A DNA stretch of 64,000 bases from Paraspadella gotoi (lineage: Eukaryota; Animalia; Chaetognatha). Positions 47,601 to 61,941 of the stretch are shown one piece after another. A program made the position numbers and the translations under genes. The stretch is taken from the NCBI GenBank assembly GCA_051294375.1, contig JBJCIZ010000028.1, positions 675,623 through 739,622 of the forward strand. The letters run 5' to 3'. The stretch's first letter is position 1, and every line of letters begins with the position of its first letter. Below the pieces are notes generated by a model. It saw only the letters and a program-made list of their open reading frames with translations, had not been told where the DNA came from and did not search any database.

Positions 47601-50600
47601 CGCTCACTGCTAGTTAAATCAGTTATCGATTGAGTTGCTAAAGCGGATTCATGAAAAGGGGGGATTTGAGGTGTTAGAGTAGGGGTTGTGGAGAAATAGA
47701 AGAAGATGATGAATCCGAAGTGGTGTTTGAATCCGGAAAAAATCAGCTCTCTCGACACTCGCGGGAGCAGATAGATTCGATGCCGCGTCGTCAACTATAA
47801 CGTGTGATGGTCCAAACAATTTTTGTTGTTGTTCATTTTCGGGTTTAGATTCCGTTTTATGATGTTGAGTTGTTCGTGAAAAGTTTTTAAAAAAAGTTTA
47901 GGTGATCTTTTTTGCAGGCAGTTGATGACAAATCTCGCAGTGCTTTGAAATTTCCTCTCTGCATATAGCAGCTATTTTGTCTTTTATTGGTTGAGATAAT
48001 CCTGCTTTTTTCTGTTTAAAAATTTTTATAGATAAATCGCACAGAGCTTTTTTGATTCTCAAATCGGCCGGCGCTTGTTTTTTTCCTCTTTGTTGTCTGA
48101 TATGTCAGAATAATGAGGATGTTGAGGCCATGATGTCGCGAATGAAATGAAAAAGTTTTTGGCGGTGCCTCACAAACTTTGCGCAGTCGTGCAAAATCAT
48201 TAGAGCGTAAAACAGGTTGCGCAATCGGGTTCTCCTTAATTTACATATTTCAGACGCGCGCGCGCTCTTTCTCTCTCTATGTGCACATGTGCATGCGTGT
48301 AAATGCATGCTAAATAAAGTATATATAATAAATAATATATAATTTTCTTTTTGCTGATATCTTGATCCTATGATTATAAATCAAATACAAGCCCATTTAC
48401 CCGACAACTTTTCATTGTCGTCACCTATCTCTTACACTTAGTTTTTTGTCGCTTATCCCTTAAAAATGACTAATAGTTCACAGTGCAAAAGTTTTCCTCG
48501 GTAAACTGATAAGTTTTTTCCATTGTTTTCAACTAATTCTTTCGTTTCACTTTCTCCATTTCAAAATCATGGCTTTCCTATTTTTTTCTGTAAATATACT
48601 TCTAAATTAATTAAAACTAACCATATAAAAAGTAATCGCCTCGCCGATGCGCCTCACTGATGCTCAAGGCTGGGATCTACAATGGCACTGTCGTCCCATG
48701 TCCAGTTTTTTTGATGTCCAGTCGCCTCTCTGCGCAGACAAAGCGATCTCATTCTTTTAATATAAAGAAAATTAAAAACGATCTAACCTTTCCCTGACCG
48801 ACTCGTCGAGGAACAGCAACACTGCGGCCCTGTGGATCTTGAACGGACAGCCCATGATCCCAATCCTTTTTGAACAACCCTTCATTGATTGCGTTTCTAC
48901 TCTTGTGGACCCCTGCAACGCTCGATCTTATCCCAACACGCGTAGTACAATCCCCTTTTTACTTTCTCCATTTTCTTCTTTTCTCGTACAATTTTAAAGT
49001 TCGATGGTTTTAAAGTTTTAAAGTCTGTTGGTTTTTGATATTTCTTTATTCGATAAACTGTAAAAACATAGTCAATTTTCCACAATATTTAATACTAAAG
49101 TATTAACATTTTACAAATGTTAATTTGAATCAAAGGACATTATTCGATTACCTAGCATTAACAATACTTCAGTGTCTTGATCCGAAAAAAAAATTGCGAC
49201 AAAAAAAGTCACAAAATGAAAATCGGATCGGCGACACGGTTGGATCGCGGTCCTTCGGTAAATTTGACCATTCAGAGTTCGAGTTCAAAATTAAGCATCT
49301 CCAATTTGCTAACGCGTTTTTGGTCACCAAAAAATCGGATCGAGTGCTCGTTTGACAAAAAAAATAGACCAATGAAAAACGACGAACATTTCATTGGTCT
49401 ACGCCCCTATATAAGGGCAAATAAAAAATAAAAAAATTCAAAATATAAGATGAAAGAAAAAATATTAAAATAATGAAATTAAATATTCTAAATCATCAAA
49501 TAACGTTCTCATATCTCAATATTATCAATTAACACAGAAAACGAGAAAATGAGTTATAAAATTTCACAATGATTAATCCCAAAGCGAGAACGAAATCAAT
49601 CAACAGAAGTCTCGGCGAAAACCGCACACAAAGTCAGGGGTCTATATCTCGCTTTCCCCAGTTCGTCATTGTTCCATACAAGACGGTGTTGTCGTCTTTA
49701 TAACTAGCTCCTGTAATAACTGACGAATCTATTTAGCCTAATATATTAAAAAGAGGATTGAGTATTCATTATGATTATATTAAGTAACGTGAAACAAACG
49801 AAAATAAAACGGGAGAGAATTACAAATTGTTACTCGCCAAAATCACGACTAAAGAATTACAAGCGATCGAGAACTAAAAAGCGTTTTGTTTACAATTCAG
49901 CGAAGGCCAATACTTTTGTAAATAAAGAACGAGGCCGAAACGAAAACAACTCTTGATATTCTGACAGTGTCTGTATCGAGGGCCGAACAAATGATTAACC
50001 CACTCCATCGCCGCGTTATGTGCGTGCCAAAACCGGAGTTCTAACGGGGTAGCACCCATGAGAAAAAACATCTCCGGTCGCACGTAGAGCAAGGAGGACA
50101 TCAGATCTCCTACGGAGGGAACATGCATCCTCTCCACCATGATGCGTGAGAAGTAATCCACATCCAGTAAGAAATCTGGGTGAGGGTCGTATGAATGTAC
50201 TTCGCGAATGTTTTGGTACATCTGACCGTCGGAATGAACTCCATCCCAGAATCCCAGGATGTCACCCTAACTCTGAGACGGCCCACTGCCATGTCGTCCA
50301 GGAACGGCCAAGCCCAGTGCGAAGCGTTGCCATCTCTGAGCAACGCCATTGTCCAGCAAAACACGCGAGAGAGCTTCTGCTCGGCCATGACGAGAAGTAT
50401 CTTCTGCCGTGTCGTCGCAGAGACGTAAGTCATACATTCGTTCCCAGTAATACCCAGGAGTAATCTGATCCTGGTAATGTTAATGGCCGACTCTGTGGTC
50501 AGCATCGAGTCCATAAGCCTGGGATGGGATACCCATGGCACGCGACATGAGTCGGTCTGCTCTATTGAAACGGGTCAGGATGAACTGGGCGTAGACTTCC

Positions 50601-53039
50601 CTCGACGCATAGAACGACTCTATCGAATTTCATAGAGCCGGTGTATTGAAACGGAAGCGCAATTCTGAAAATATCCTTAAGCGAAACTAAAAAAATAATT
50701 CGAGATTAGGCAGAGTCACTCCGCAAACAAAACAAAACTCAAAGAAAAACGAAAAAATAGTAAACGTAAAACGAAATGATATTTCCAAAAACGCAGCGAT
50801 CGCTGGCAAGAAGAACGCAAAAATTCAAATCTCCAGACTGATACAAAATTCCAGAAAATATACCATCTCGGAGGGATGGATGACCGCATCCATCAAATGC
50901 AACGAGACAGTCCGTTTTTCATTGGAGGCCTTCGGACCCCCGGAAATGTGTAAAAAAATTAAAAATTTATCGAAAGGTCATTATTTTTTAAAAAATGTAT
51001 TTCTGCCCCTACATTCGACAAAGCTCATATATGCGACAAAGAGAAAATTTCTATAGCGCATTCTCGTCGATATGCAGGGGAAACCAGGTTTATCCTCTAA
51101 CCTAATTTATAAATATCATACGGATTAACGCTACGTCGACGTCGCTTCACACGTGAAACGAAGGGTCGAGTTTAACATCTACACGCCGCAGATGTGAGAC
51201 TCCCGGGGAATACCCACTTAAATACTTATAATTATCACTTACATATACATACAAATATCACTCACCCAACCCCACTTAAGCAGCGGTAGCGCACAGAACT
51301 GTGGGGACCGAACAAAGTCGATGCCACCATGTCACTATACTCTAGCTACGAGATAGTTTTCTGACGAATTCTCTTGGCCTATATAAAACACAGGGGTTTT
51401 TAATATCTATTGTAATATATAAGTTCAACAGATACAAAATAATATTTAAAGGGAAACGTTTCCTTCGGAGCCACGGCTAAAACTACCCAGTTTACAGGAC
51501 AGAATCGGCGAAGTACAATATTGTTTACAAATAATCACTTTTACATTTACAATTGGCTGAAAGGTAAAGAAAAGGAAAAATACAGAACCGACATTTGATT
51601 CGGTTGCACCTCGATATTCTGACAGAATCACAAACGGAGAATTTGTCGGAGCCAATCGGGTTGCGCGAGGCGCGAACCTCCCTGGACTCGATCGTCGACA
51701 CGTCTCGCCAACCAATCGCGATAGGAGAGAATTTCTGACAACCAGTCTTGGTTGCGAGACGCCAATTTTTGCGCCACTCGATCTATCTTCATTTTCCCGG
51801 CCAACTGAAATGGGCTGAGATTATTGAAAACCAATGAGCATTTCCTACCCCCGGCTGCCGTCGTTGCCTTTTGTCGACTGTGCCGACTTATCACGAGAAG
51901 TGAAATATTTTTGAAAACCAATTGGAAGGCAGGATGCCTCGCCTTTATAATCGGTAAATCTAAGAATTTGAAAATTCTCAGAAAAGCTTAGCGTCAGTAT
52001 AAAAGGTCGTTATAGACAAATTTTCCTTTTTTTTTTAATGGGAGAGAGAGTGACAAACTTGTCACGTGACTCGCCTCCGCGGTCAATTGAATCCGAGTCC
52101 ACCAAAACTTTCTATAGTCGAATATAACTGCGTTAAAAGCATCAACCGGAGAGAGAGGGGATGATGATGATTAACCCCCCTATCCCTTTCACCTTGGCTA
52201 TTCCCGGGGCCCCTCCTCTCTTTCACTCTCCTATCTCTCTCTCTCCTTCTCTCTCTTTCTCCCTCTCTCTCCCTCTCTCACTCTCTCTCCTCTCTCTCTC
52301 TCTCTTTTATACCTCTCCTCTCTCTTTCCCTCACTCTAACTCACCCTCGCTCTTTTTTTTTCCTTGCACCGCTGTTTTACCCACCATTCCTTATCAATAG
52401 CATCTCGACTATATCTGTCGAGATAACGGTCTGACCGTCTCGGTTCATCTGTCGCCTCCTGTCTTCCCATTTGACCACGTCTCACCATCTGAACTTCTCA
52501 CCCATCCCAACTTTTAACCCTCACCCCAAAAACTAAGGTAATTCTGTAATAGTACAAAAATATACAATTGAGAAGCATTGCGGAGAGAGAGTACCGGTAG
52601 TTAACGATGGCGTTCCTGTCGCTCTGATCCGCGTCGCGAGTAAGAGGCGACTTCGGCGTCCGTGGCGAGTTCTACTTCTTCCTCCTCAGTCGTACGTCTC
52701 TGGATCGTCGTCGTCTATGAGGAGAGCGTCTTCCTCGACGTCTTCCTCTCCGCAACCCCCTCCTTCTTCGTAATCGGGGGGCCGGTTCGTTCGTCGTCGT
52801 CTCCTTTTCGTAATCGGGTCCGGTTCGTCGCCGTTGGAGGAAGAAGAGACCGGATTCCGGTCTCCTTGTTGGGCTTCCTGGTCGTCCTATGGCGTTAGAC
52901 CCTAGACTAGCTTCTCTAGGGTATTGATTTGTCCCTCTAAGGTACCCACGTATGCACTGTGGCATTCCCTTCCTAGAAAGGTAATACAGAAAAGGCTGAA
53001 TAATAAGTCAAAAATTAATTATCGCAAGGAAATCATTTC

Positions 53040-56000
53040 GTTCTATCCATTTATTGTACAGATTATAAAAGGAAAAATAAGACTCACCAGAGTTGATCAA
53101 GCGCAGTGTCATTGTACGCCACTTTCTGAGTCTTGAGCAAATGACGTCGTTGACTGTCTGGACCAAAAAAAATTGGGAAACAAAAAAGAAGAGAAGGAGT
53201 TGCTAAACAAATTTATATCAAAGATACATTTAATTATTTAAAAATCCTAATCTATATTTTCCTTACCTTACTGAGTCCATGAATTTTAGCAAATCCTTCC
53301 TATTGTGGCAAATGTTTTTTTTTGCGTTGATTGCTCATCACAATCTGTAAAACAAAAAAATAATTAAAAAAAGACAAAGTAACTATCGTAAATATTGACC
53401 TAGTTTATAGCACAAAACAATTGATTCAATGCAAAACAAAGATACTTACAATCTTTGTTTCATTTTGGCAATTTCTTCTCTCACACTAATGACCGTTACT
53501 TCTTTCCACGTGGTTGGTTCCACTTGACCGTCAACATTTTTTTTCTACCAAAAAAATAGAAAATCGAAGTCTTGAAAAATGGCAGTTAAAAAAAAATTAA
53601 ACAACTGAGACCAAAGGCGTATGTCATTGTGGTTACTTTTAAGTTTGAAGTGGTTTTTGTCCAAAGAAAGACGTGGACTGACAGACCGATGGATGGATAC
53701 GAGAGATTAAAAGCAAACCTAATGAGTAAAGTAGAAAAAAAAGATAAGAAAAAAAAATCAACCGAGACCAAAGGCATGTGTCATTGTGGTTACTTACTTT
53801 GAGTTTGTCCGGTATTTTGCTTTACTAGGAAGACGGATAACTGACGAGGCCGGTGGATGGATTGATGGAGGGTGAGAGTGGAAGTCTTCTCGCTCGATGT
53901 AGCCAACGACGAAGTAGAGCGAGATGCTCGATCGACTTTGGTTTCGTTCTCATTGTCCTCGTCCATGGAGAGGGTCATTTTCACGCTCGACCTTCTTCCA
54001 CAGTGTATATCATCATGACCCATTGTTTTTATGATTTCATTGGATACTCCTTATGCACTGGCAACTATCGATCTCCTGATTATCCTTTGGCAGATTGAAA
54101 AACGCTCTCAAAAAGAGTAGACATCTTCTTAAAAATCTGTTGCCGATCGATGAATTTGTCCTCTGTCACGAATATCCCTGAAAAATTTTCCCTTGGGCTC
54201 TGGTGTATTTCCTTGAGTAGATAAACTTTTCTTGTTTCCACCTGACTGGCCGCCTCCCCCTTTATCCCATGATCTGCTTTACCATTTATTCATAATTTTT
54301 TCTTGCAATTCTCGTCACTCCTATCATGTCCACCAAATAAATACAATAAGCCGAGACGCACTCCCATTATGCCTCTTTCCATCTTGTCTATGGCCCAAAA
54401 TATGTGACTGGAAGTAGTCAAAAAATATATTGCTTATCATTTATTCATGTTTTTTCTGTAATTCTCGTGACTCTACACCTCCTCGTTTGTCGCTTAAAAA
54501 GCGAACCCTGGAATATCACGGGATAAGTTGGAGGAATCTCTGTAAAAAAAAATATTATAATTTACCAAAAAAAATATTTTTAACGTTTGATGTTTAACCT
54601 TTTCGGACGTCGTGGGGGGAAAGTTATCGGGCCTCGTTCTCCTTTGAGGTCGAAGGACCTGACGCGAGTCTGCATCCAAGTGGGAGCGTTGCTCCACTTG
54701 AATGTTATTCGTTAATTTGCCGTTAATCTCACAGGTGAGATTGATGTAAGGTACAAACGGTCGCCCTCTTCACTTTTGAATCAGATAATCCTCCCAACCA
54801 CACGGCGATCCACGCTCCACGTATAATTCTCTTATTTCTCTCTCGGGAGTCCAGGTGCGGCGTAAATAACTTGTTCTGATTGAGGATGTTGCGGTTGTGT
54901 CCTTTGCGATTGTGGCTGGTGGCTGTGTCGGAAAAGTTTGGATGAAAGTTGGGATATGATCTACACGTATTCTTGCATGTACGGTGAAATATTGGATGAA
55001 CAGTTCCTGTAATTGTATTGTTTCTATCTATCTGAATAATCTGGTGTCCTTGTGAAGTAATAAGTTAAAAAGTTGGAGATCTTGCCTACAACCTGCTGGT
55101 GTTGCTGCTCTGCTGCCACCGCTGCTCCCCATTGCTGCCACCAGTAGGGGATTGTTATGGTTGCTGTTGCTGCTGAGAAGAGGGGCAGTGACCCCCCAAC
55201 AGCGGGCCATGCCGCGGGCCTAACGAAGATCGACGTCATTCCCGGCATCATGTTGAAACAAATTCTGATAGGAAAAAATGAATAAATTAATTTAGGAAAC
55301 ATTTTTAATTAAAAAAATAATTACACTTACATCCTAGACCAAATCAGGGCTACGCCTTCTACCGACAGGTGATGGCATCTAGCCATTACTATCCCTAATC
55401 ACGACCAACATCATTAATAAAAAAAAGGCCAGAAAAAAGAGACAAAATTAAAATGCACATTTTTTGAGCAATATATTTTTAAGTAAAAAAGTTTTATACT
55501 AATTAACGTTCATTCGGGTTCTCCGGCGTCCTGCTGGAGTTTTGGTACAATTCTAAAAACCAAAAAAAACTGGTTTATTTTAAATTCTATTTAAAAAAAA
55601 ACCGAAACCGCCTGTACGGCGAAAGGTTTGGAAAGATGGTTCAGTGACCGAAAGTTGGTCGGAGTGTGGCAGTTGTGGTCCTCGAGGAAGCGGCAGAAAC
55701 CTCCATTTGGCTGGTCGTTGCTGTGCCTTGAAGTCATCCTTCGATTCCAGGCAGACGAGATTGGTTGAGAGGAAACCTGCTGGTGGATAAGCATCATGAC
55801 GGAACTCATCAAGAAGGTGCCTTCTCGTTCATGTGAGATCGATGACCCGCCTGTTGCACACAGGTTGTCGTCGTTCTGAGAGCAGATGTCGCAGAACGAC
55901 TTGGTTTGTCTCATGAAGTCTTGCCTCGTACTCCAAGAGCTGACCGACTTTCCTGGCAACACCTCCTGAAGTCTTTTTAATTCAAAACCTTGAAGAGAGA

Positions 56001-56500
56001 AAAAGATTTTGGATTGACATAAAAATCTTTGCCATCGCTGAATTTGTCTTTCTCTGGGCACGAAATATCCCTGGAAAATTTTCCCCTTGGACTCTGGGTA
56101 TTTTCTTGAGTAGAATAGAACTCGAGCAGATAAACTTTTCTATGTTCACCTGACTGGCCGTCTCTCGCCCCATGATCCACTTGAGCATTTATCAATATTT
56201 TTCTGCAATTCTCATCACTCCCTATCATGTCCACCAATATAAAAACAATAAACCGAGACGCATCTCCTCTTATCCTGGACAGCCAAAGCAGAATGTTTCC
56301 TTCATCTTTTCTGGGGCCCAAATGTGTGACTGGAAGTAGTCAAAAATATATTGCTTTTATCATTTATTCATTGTTTTTTTCTTGCAATTCTCGTGACTCA
56401 TATCCTCATTCCTCCAAAGAAATACAGCAAGCCGATAGGACACATCTCCCACCATTCTTGACAGCCAAAGCAGACATGCTTCCCCTCTGTCTTTTCTTTG
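53040..56500 (-). CDS. One or more multi-exon ORFan genes with short introns (structure uncertain)
   Basis: Series of GTAAG/GTGAG donors and polypyrimidine-AG acceptors flanking short open exons (for example TVNDVIAQDSETWRTMTLRLINS and VDGQVEPTTWKEVTVISVREEIAKMNK). Internal paralogy between ~54130-54480 and ~56030-56400. Confidence 0.4.
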
Positions 56501-57790
56501 GATAATATATGCGCCTCAAATCCAGATATCCCTGGCCGTCAGATCGGCACCCGAGCGCCAGGGGAATCTGCGGAAAAACTGTCCACATATCTTGCCTGTA
56601 ATTGGCGGGATGTCGTCCAGCAGAGGGTGCTCCGCGGTGAGACAACACAGCCCTCGCTGCGGAGTCCCATTCGTCCATCTCACCCACCATGCCCATGGCG
56701 GTTTGGGCCATCTAGAAAACGATTTCCTCAGTTCTGAGCATCGGTAGGAGCAATGACATCCTTACACGGATCCAAGAGTGAGAAGACTCTCATTTTCCAT
56801 AATTCGCCGTACCATCCAACGGCGTCAACGTTGCCGGTTAATTGTCTGGGATCGGGAAACGCGGCTCATCTGACACCGCAGCGCCGGTCGTAAAAGTTGT
56901 CCATGCGAAGCGCAAATAATGGTCTTTGCAGCAAAGAAACTTGGCTATCGCCGACATTATTTCGAAGTTAGACGTCATGTTAGACGTAAGTTAGACGTAT
57001 GTGTGAAGCAAGACTGATGAAGAATAAAACGAAAATTATAGAAAATCGAGAAGATTCTTCAATTCCAAAAATATTTTAAGATAGAAAAATATAAACCAGA
57101 CGAAACGATGCTCTTACTTGTCCAAGTTAGATTTTTTCCGAAATATAATTCCGTCTCAGTCGCTAGATGTGCGACAGATTAGGGCGCAGCTAAAACGCCA
57201 AACACAAAATAAGGACAAGAACAACGCCAGATGTGATTACTGATGAGAAGAGAAAATGAAAATTCAAAATAACTTGCGAAATCATATCAAAATTAGAACG
57301 AAAATTGTGTGATGATGTAAAAAAAAGCGACATATAAATTCAAATCAGCGTAAAGACGACATTATATAGNNNNNNNNNNNNNNNNNNNNNNNNNGGGGGC
57401 GGCGACAGTTCAGAATGTGAAGAGAGATTTTCTCTTTTGCCTCGTTGCGACGAATAAATCCAAGAATCGAGCGGGCGCTGCCTCCAAAAATCTCGACAAT
57501 GATAAGGATCGAACGGCATTGTGTGAATAGAGTAGGGTTTGAAGTTTAAATTAAAGTTGTTATTGATATAACCAGTGGCATTGACGATAATAATTTTAAA
57601 GATTTTCCTAAAAAGTTTTTTCATTCTTTTTTTTTTTTTTTTTTGTATATAATATTTACATGATTAGTTTCATACTAATCAGCAGTTTATTTTTAAGCTT
57701 TGGCGATTCCGTTTTCTATTCCGGCGGGGGAGTTGGGGGTAAGTCATAAATAGGTTGAATAACATCCATATCAATAATGTCTAGTTTTTT

Positions 57791-58993
57791 TTATTCGTCT
57801 TCTGCTTCTTCTTCAATAGAAATATCCATAATAATGGAGGGAGAGCGGGGTTTCATTTCAGCGTCTTTTTCTACAGAGATGAGAGAGGGCGAGTTAATTG
57901 GCATATTGTGGCCCATAAAAACATCAACTTTCAATGGTTGTGTAAGATCTTCTAATGGTTGTGAGAAATTTTCTTGTTTGGCCGCTTTGTCTTCGTTGAT
58001 TTCATTTACAAGATCAAAATAAATGAGAGATTTAGGAATTTCAGGTAAATTGTTTATTGCCTCTAGTTCCATTTTTAATTTAAAACAGTTATAACATTGA
58101 CAGTCGACGTCATCCACTTGTTGACAAAACCATTTACTCGCCATATTTTAAAAAAAGTCTTCCACGTAATCTTCCAGGAAATCACGCTCACTGCTAGTTA
58201 AATCAGTTATCGATTGAGTTGCTAAAGCGGATTCATGAAAAGGGGGGATTTGAGGTGTTAGAGTAGGGGGTTGTGGAGAAATAGAAGAAGATGATGAATC
58301 CGAAGTGGTGTTTGAATCCGGAAAAAATCAGCTCTCTCGACACTCGCGGGAGCAGATAGATTCGATGCCGCGTCGTCAACTATAACGTGTGATGGTCCAA
58401 ACAATTTTTGTTGTTGTTCATTTTCGGGTTTAGATTCCGTTTTATTGATGTTGAGTTGTTCGTGAAAAGTTTTTAAAAAAAGTTTAGGTGATCTTTTTTT
58501 GCAGGCAGTTGATGACAAATCTCGCAGTGCTTTGAAATTTCCTCTCTGCATATAGCAGCTATTTTGTCTTTTATTGGTTGAGATAATCCTGCTTTTTTCT
58601 GTTTAAAAATTTTTATAGATAAATCGCACAAGAGCTTTTTTGATTCTCAAATCGGCCGGCGCTTGTTTTTTCCTCTTTGTTGTCTGATATGTCAGAATAA
58701 TGAGGATTGGTTGAGGCCATGATGTCGCGAATGAGAATGAAAAAGTTTTTTGGCGTGTGCCTCACAAACTTTGCGCAGTCGTGCAAAATCATTAGAGCGT
58801 AAAACAGGTTGCGCAATCGGGTTCTTCTTAATTTACATATTTCAGACGCGCGCGCGCTCTTTCTCTCTCTATGTGCACATGTGCATGCGTGTAAATGCAT
58901 GCTAAATAAAGTATATATAATAAATAATATATAATTCGTTCTTTTTGCTGATATCTTGATCCTATGATTATAAATCAAATAAAACAAGCCCAT
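57791..58993 (-). CDS. ORFan(s) of the repeat unit (ORFs 58613..58993, 58258..58551, 57791..58144); noisier copies at ~39900-41100 and ~47215-48400
   Basis: Consecutive minus-strand ORFs including WFCQQVDDVDCQCYNCFKL. No family recognised. Confidence 0.4.
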
Positions 58994-59261
58994 TTACCCG
59001 ACAACTTTTCATTGTCGTCACCTATCTCTTACACTTAGTTTTTGTCGCTTATCCCTTAAAAATGACTAATAGTTCACAGTGCAAAAGTTTTCCTCGGTTA
59101 AACTGATAAGTTTTTTCCATTGTTTTCAACTAATTCTTTCGTTTCACTTTCTCCATTTCAAAAATCATGGCTTTCCTATTTTTTTCTGTAAATATACTTC
59201 TAAATTAATTAAAACTAACCATATAAAAAGTAATCGCCTCGCCGATGCGCCTCACTGATGC

Positions 59262-59684
59262 TCAAGGCTGGGATCTACAATGGCACTGTCGTCCCATGTC
59301 CAGTTTTTTTGATGTTCCAGTCGCCTCTTGCGCAGACAAAGCGATCTCATTTTTTAATATAAAGAAAATTAAAAACGAGTCTAACCTTTCCCTGACCGAC
59401 TCGTCGAGGAACAGCAACCACTGCGCCCTGTGGATCTTGAACGGACAGCCCATGATCCCAATCCTTTTTGAACAACCCTTCATTGATTGCGTTTCTACTC
59501 TTATGGACCCCCTGCAACGCTCGATCTTATCCCAACACGCGTAGTACAATCCCCTTTTTACTTTCTCCATTTTCTTCTTTTCTCGTACAATTTTAAAGTT
59601 CGATGGTTTTAAAGTTTTAAAGTCTGTTGGTTTTTGATATTTCTTTATTCGATAAACTGTAAAAACATAGTCAATTTTCCACAA
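59262..59684 (-). CDS. Basic 140-aa ORFan of the repeat unit
   Basis: Open in copy 3 and frameshifted in copies 1 and 2. No family recognised. Confidence 0.4.
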   Translation of the reverse strand: MWKIDYVFTVYRIKKYQKPTDFKTLKPSNFKIVREKKKMEKVKRGLYYACWDKIERCRGSIRVETQSMKGCSKRIGIMGCPFKIHRAQWLLFLDESVRERLDSFLIFFILKNEIALSAQEATGTSKKLDMGRQCHCRSQP

Positions 59685-60492
59685 TATTTAATACTAAAGT
59701 ATTAACATTTTACAAATGTTAATTTGAATCAAAGGACATTATTCGATTACCTAGCATTAACAATACTTCAGTGTCTCTGATCCGAAAAAAAAATTGCGAC
59801 AAAAAAAGTCACAAAATGAAAATCGGATCGGCGACACGGGTGGATCGCGGTCCTTCGGTAAATTTGACCATTCAGAGTTCGAGTTCAAAATTAAGCATCT
59901 CCAATTTGCTAACGCGTTTTTGGTCACCAAAAAATCGGATCGAGTGCTCGTTTGACAAAAAAAATAGACCAATGAAAAACGACGAAACATTTCATTGGTC
60001 TACGCCCCTATATAAGGGCAAATAAAAAATAAAAAAATTCAAAATATAAGATGAAAGAAAAAATATTAAAATAATGAAATTAAATATTCTAAATCATCAA
60101 ATAACGTTCTCATATCTCAATATTATCAATTAACACAGAAAACGAGAAAATGAGTTATAAAATTTCACAATGATTAATCTCCAAAGCGAGAACGAAATCA
60201 ATCAACAGAAGTCTCGGCGAAAACCGCACACAAAGTCAGGGGTCTATATCTCGCTTTCCCCAGTTTCGTCATTGTTCCATACAAGACGGTGTTGTCGTCT
60301 TTATTACTAGCTCCTGTAATAACTGACGAATCTATTTAGCCTAATATATTAAAAGAGGATTGAGTATTCATTATGATTATATTAAGTAACGTGAAACAAA
60401 CGAAAATAAAACGGGAGAGAATTACAAATTGTTACTCGGCCAAAATCACGACTAAAGAATTACAAGCGATCGAGAACTAAAAAGCGTTTTGT

Positions 60493-61239
60493 TTACAATT
60501 CAGCGAAGGCCAATACTTTTGTAAATAAAGAACGAGGCCGAAACGAAAACAACTCTTTGATATTCTGACAGTGTCTGATCGGAGGGCCGAACAAATGATT
60601 AACCCACTCCATCGCCGCGTTATGTGCGTGCCAAAACCGGAGTTCTAACGGGGTAGCACCCATGAGAAAAAACATCTCCGGTCGCACGTAGAGCAAGGAG
60701 GACATCAGATCTCCTACGGAGGGAACATGCATCCTCTCCACCATGATGCGTGAGAAGTAATCCACATCCAGTAAGAAATCTGGGTGAGGGTCGTATGAAT
60801 GTACTTCGCGAATGTTTTGGTACATCTGACCGTCGGAATGAACTCCATCCCAGAATCCCAGGGATGTCACCCTAACTCTGAGACGGCCCACTGCCATGTC
60901 GTCCCAGGAACGGCCAAGCCCAGTGCGAAGCGTTGCCATCTCTGAGCAACGCCCATTGTCCAGCAAAACAACGCCGAGAGCTTCGCTCGGCCATGACGAG
61001 AAGTATCTCTTCGCCGTGTCGTCGCAGAGACGTAAGTCATACATTCGTTCCCAGTAATACCCAGGAGTAATCTGCATCCTGGTAATGTTAATGGCCGACT
61101 CTGTGGTCAGCATCGAGTCCATAAGCCTCGGGATGGGATACCCATGGCACCGAACATGAGTCGGTCTGCCATTGAAACGGGTCAGGATGAACTGGGCGTA
61201 GACTTCCCTCGACGCATAGAACGACTCTATCGAATTCAT
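60493..61239 (-). CDS. ORFan family A member 3, intact 248 aa (broken copies at ~42650-43395 and ~49890-50635)
   Basis: Longest clean ORF in the islands, with motif-level homology to 1680..2408 and 6569..6994. Confidence 0.75.
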   Translation of the reverse strand: MNSIESFYASREVYAQFILTRFNGRPTHVRCHGYPIPRLMDSMLTTESAINITRMQITPGYYWERMYDLRLCDDTAKRYFSSWPSEALGVVLLDNGRCSEMATLRTGLGRSWDDMAVGRLRVRVTSLGFWDGVHSDGQMYQNIREVHSYDPHPDFLLDVDYFSRIMVERMHVPSVGDLMSSLLYVRPEMFFLMGATPLELRFWHAHNAAMEWVNHLFGPPIRHCQNIKELFSFRPRSLFTKVLAFAEL

Positions 61240-61736
61240 AGAGCCGGTGTATTGAAACGGAAGCGCAATTCGTAAAATATCCGTAAGCGAAACTAAAAAA
61301 AAATAATTCGAGATTAGGCAGAGTCACTCCGCAAACAAAACCAAAACTCAAAGAAAAACGAAAAAAATGTAAACGTAAAACGAAATGATATTTCCAAAAC
61401 GCAGCGATCGCTGGCAAGAAGAACGCAAAAATTCAAAATCTCCAGATGATACAAAATTCCAGAAAATATACCATCTCGGAGGGATGGATGACCGCATCCA
61501 TCAAATGCAACGAGACAGTCCGTTTTTCATTGGAGGCCTTCGGACCCTCCGGAAATGTGTAAAAAAATTAAAAAATTTATCGAAAGGTCATTATTTATTT
61601 AAAAAATGTATTTCTGCCCCTACATTCGACAAACGTCATATATAGCGACAAAGAGAAAATTTCTATAGCGCATTCTCGTCGATATGCAGGGGAAACCAGG
61701 TTTATCCTCTAACCTAATTTATAAATATCATACGGA

Positions 61737-61941
61737 TTAACGTCTACGTCGACGTCGCTTCACGTGAAACGAAGGGTCGAGTTTAACATCTACACGCGCA
61801 GATGTGAGACTACCCGGGGAATACCCACTTAAATACTTATAATTATCACTTACATATACATACAAATATCACTCACCCAACCCCACTTAAGCAGCGGTAG
61901 CGCACAGAAACGTGGGGACCGAACAAAGTCGATGCCACCAT
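61737..61941 (-). CDS. Predicted 51-aa spliced peptide with poly-Arg tail (exons 61941-61877, 61827-61737)
   Basis: Removing a 49-nt GTGAGT...AAG intron gives MVASTLFGPHVSVRYRCLSGVGGYSPGSLTSARVDVKLDPSFHVKRRRRRR*. The paralog near 3570-3770 differs mostly at synonymous sites. Confidence 0.5.

Noticed and set aside
61786-61806. Hairpin with apparent compensatory change versus 3587-3606, suggesting a structured ncRNA
   Set aside because: Both changes are synonymous third positions of TSA-VDVKL, so coding conservation explains them more simply.
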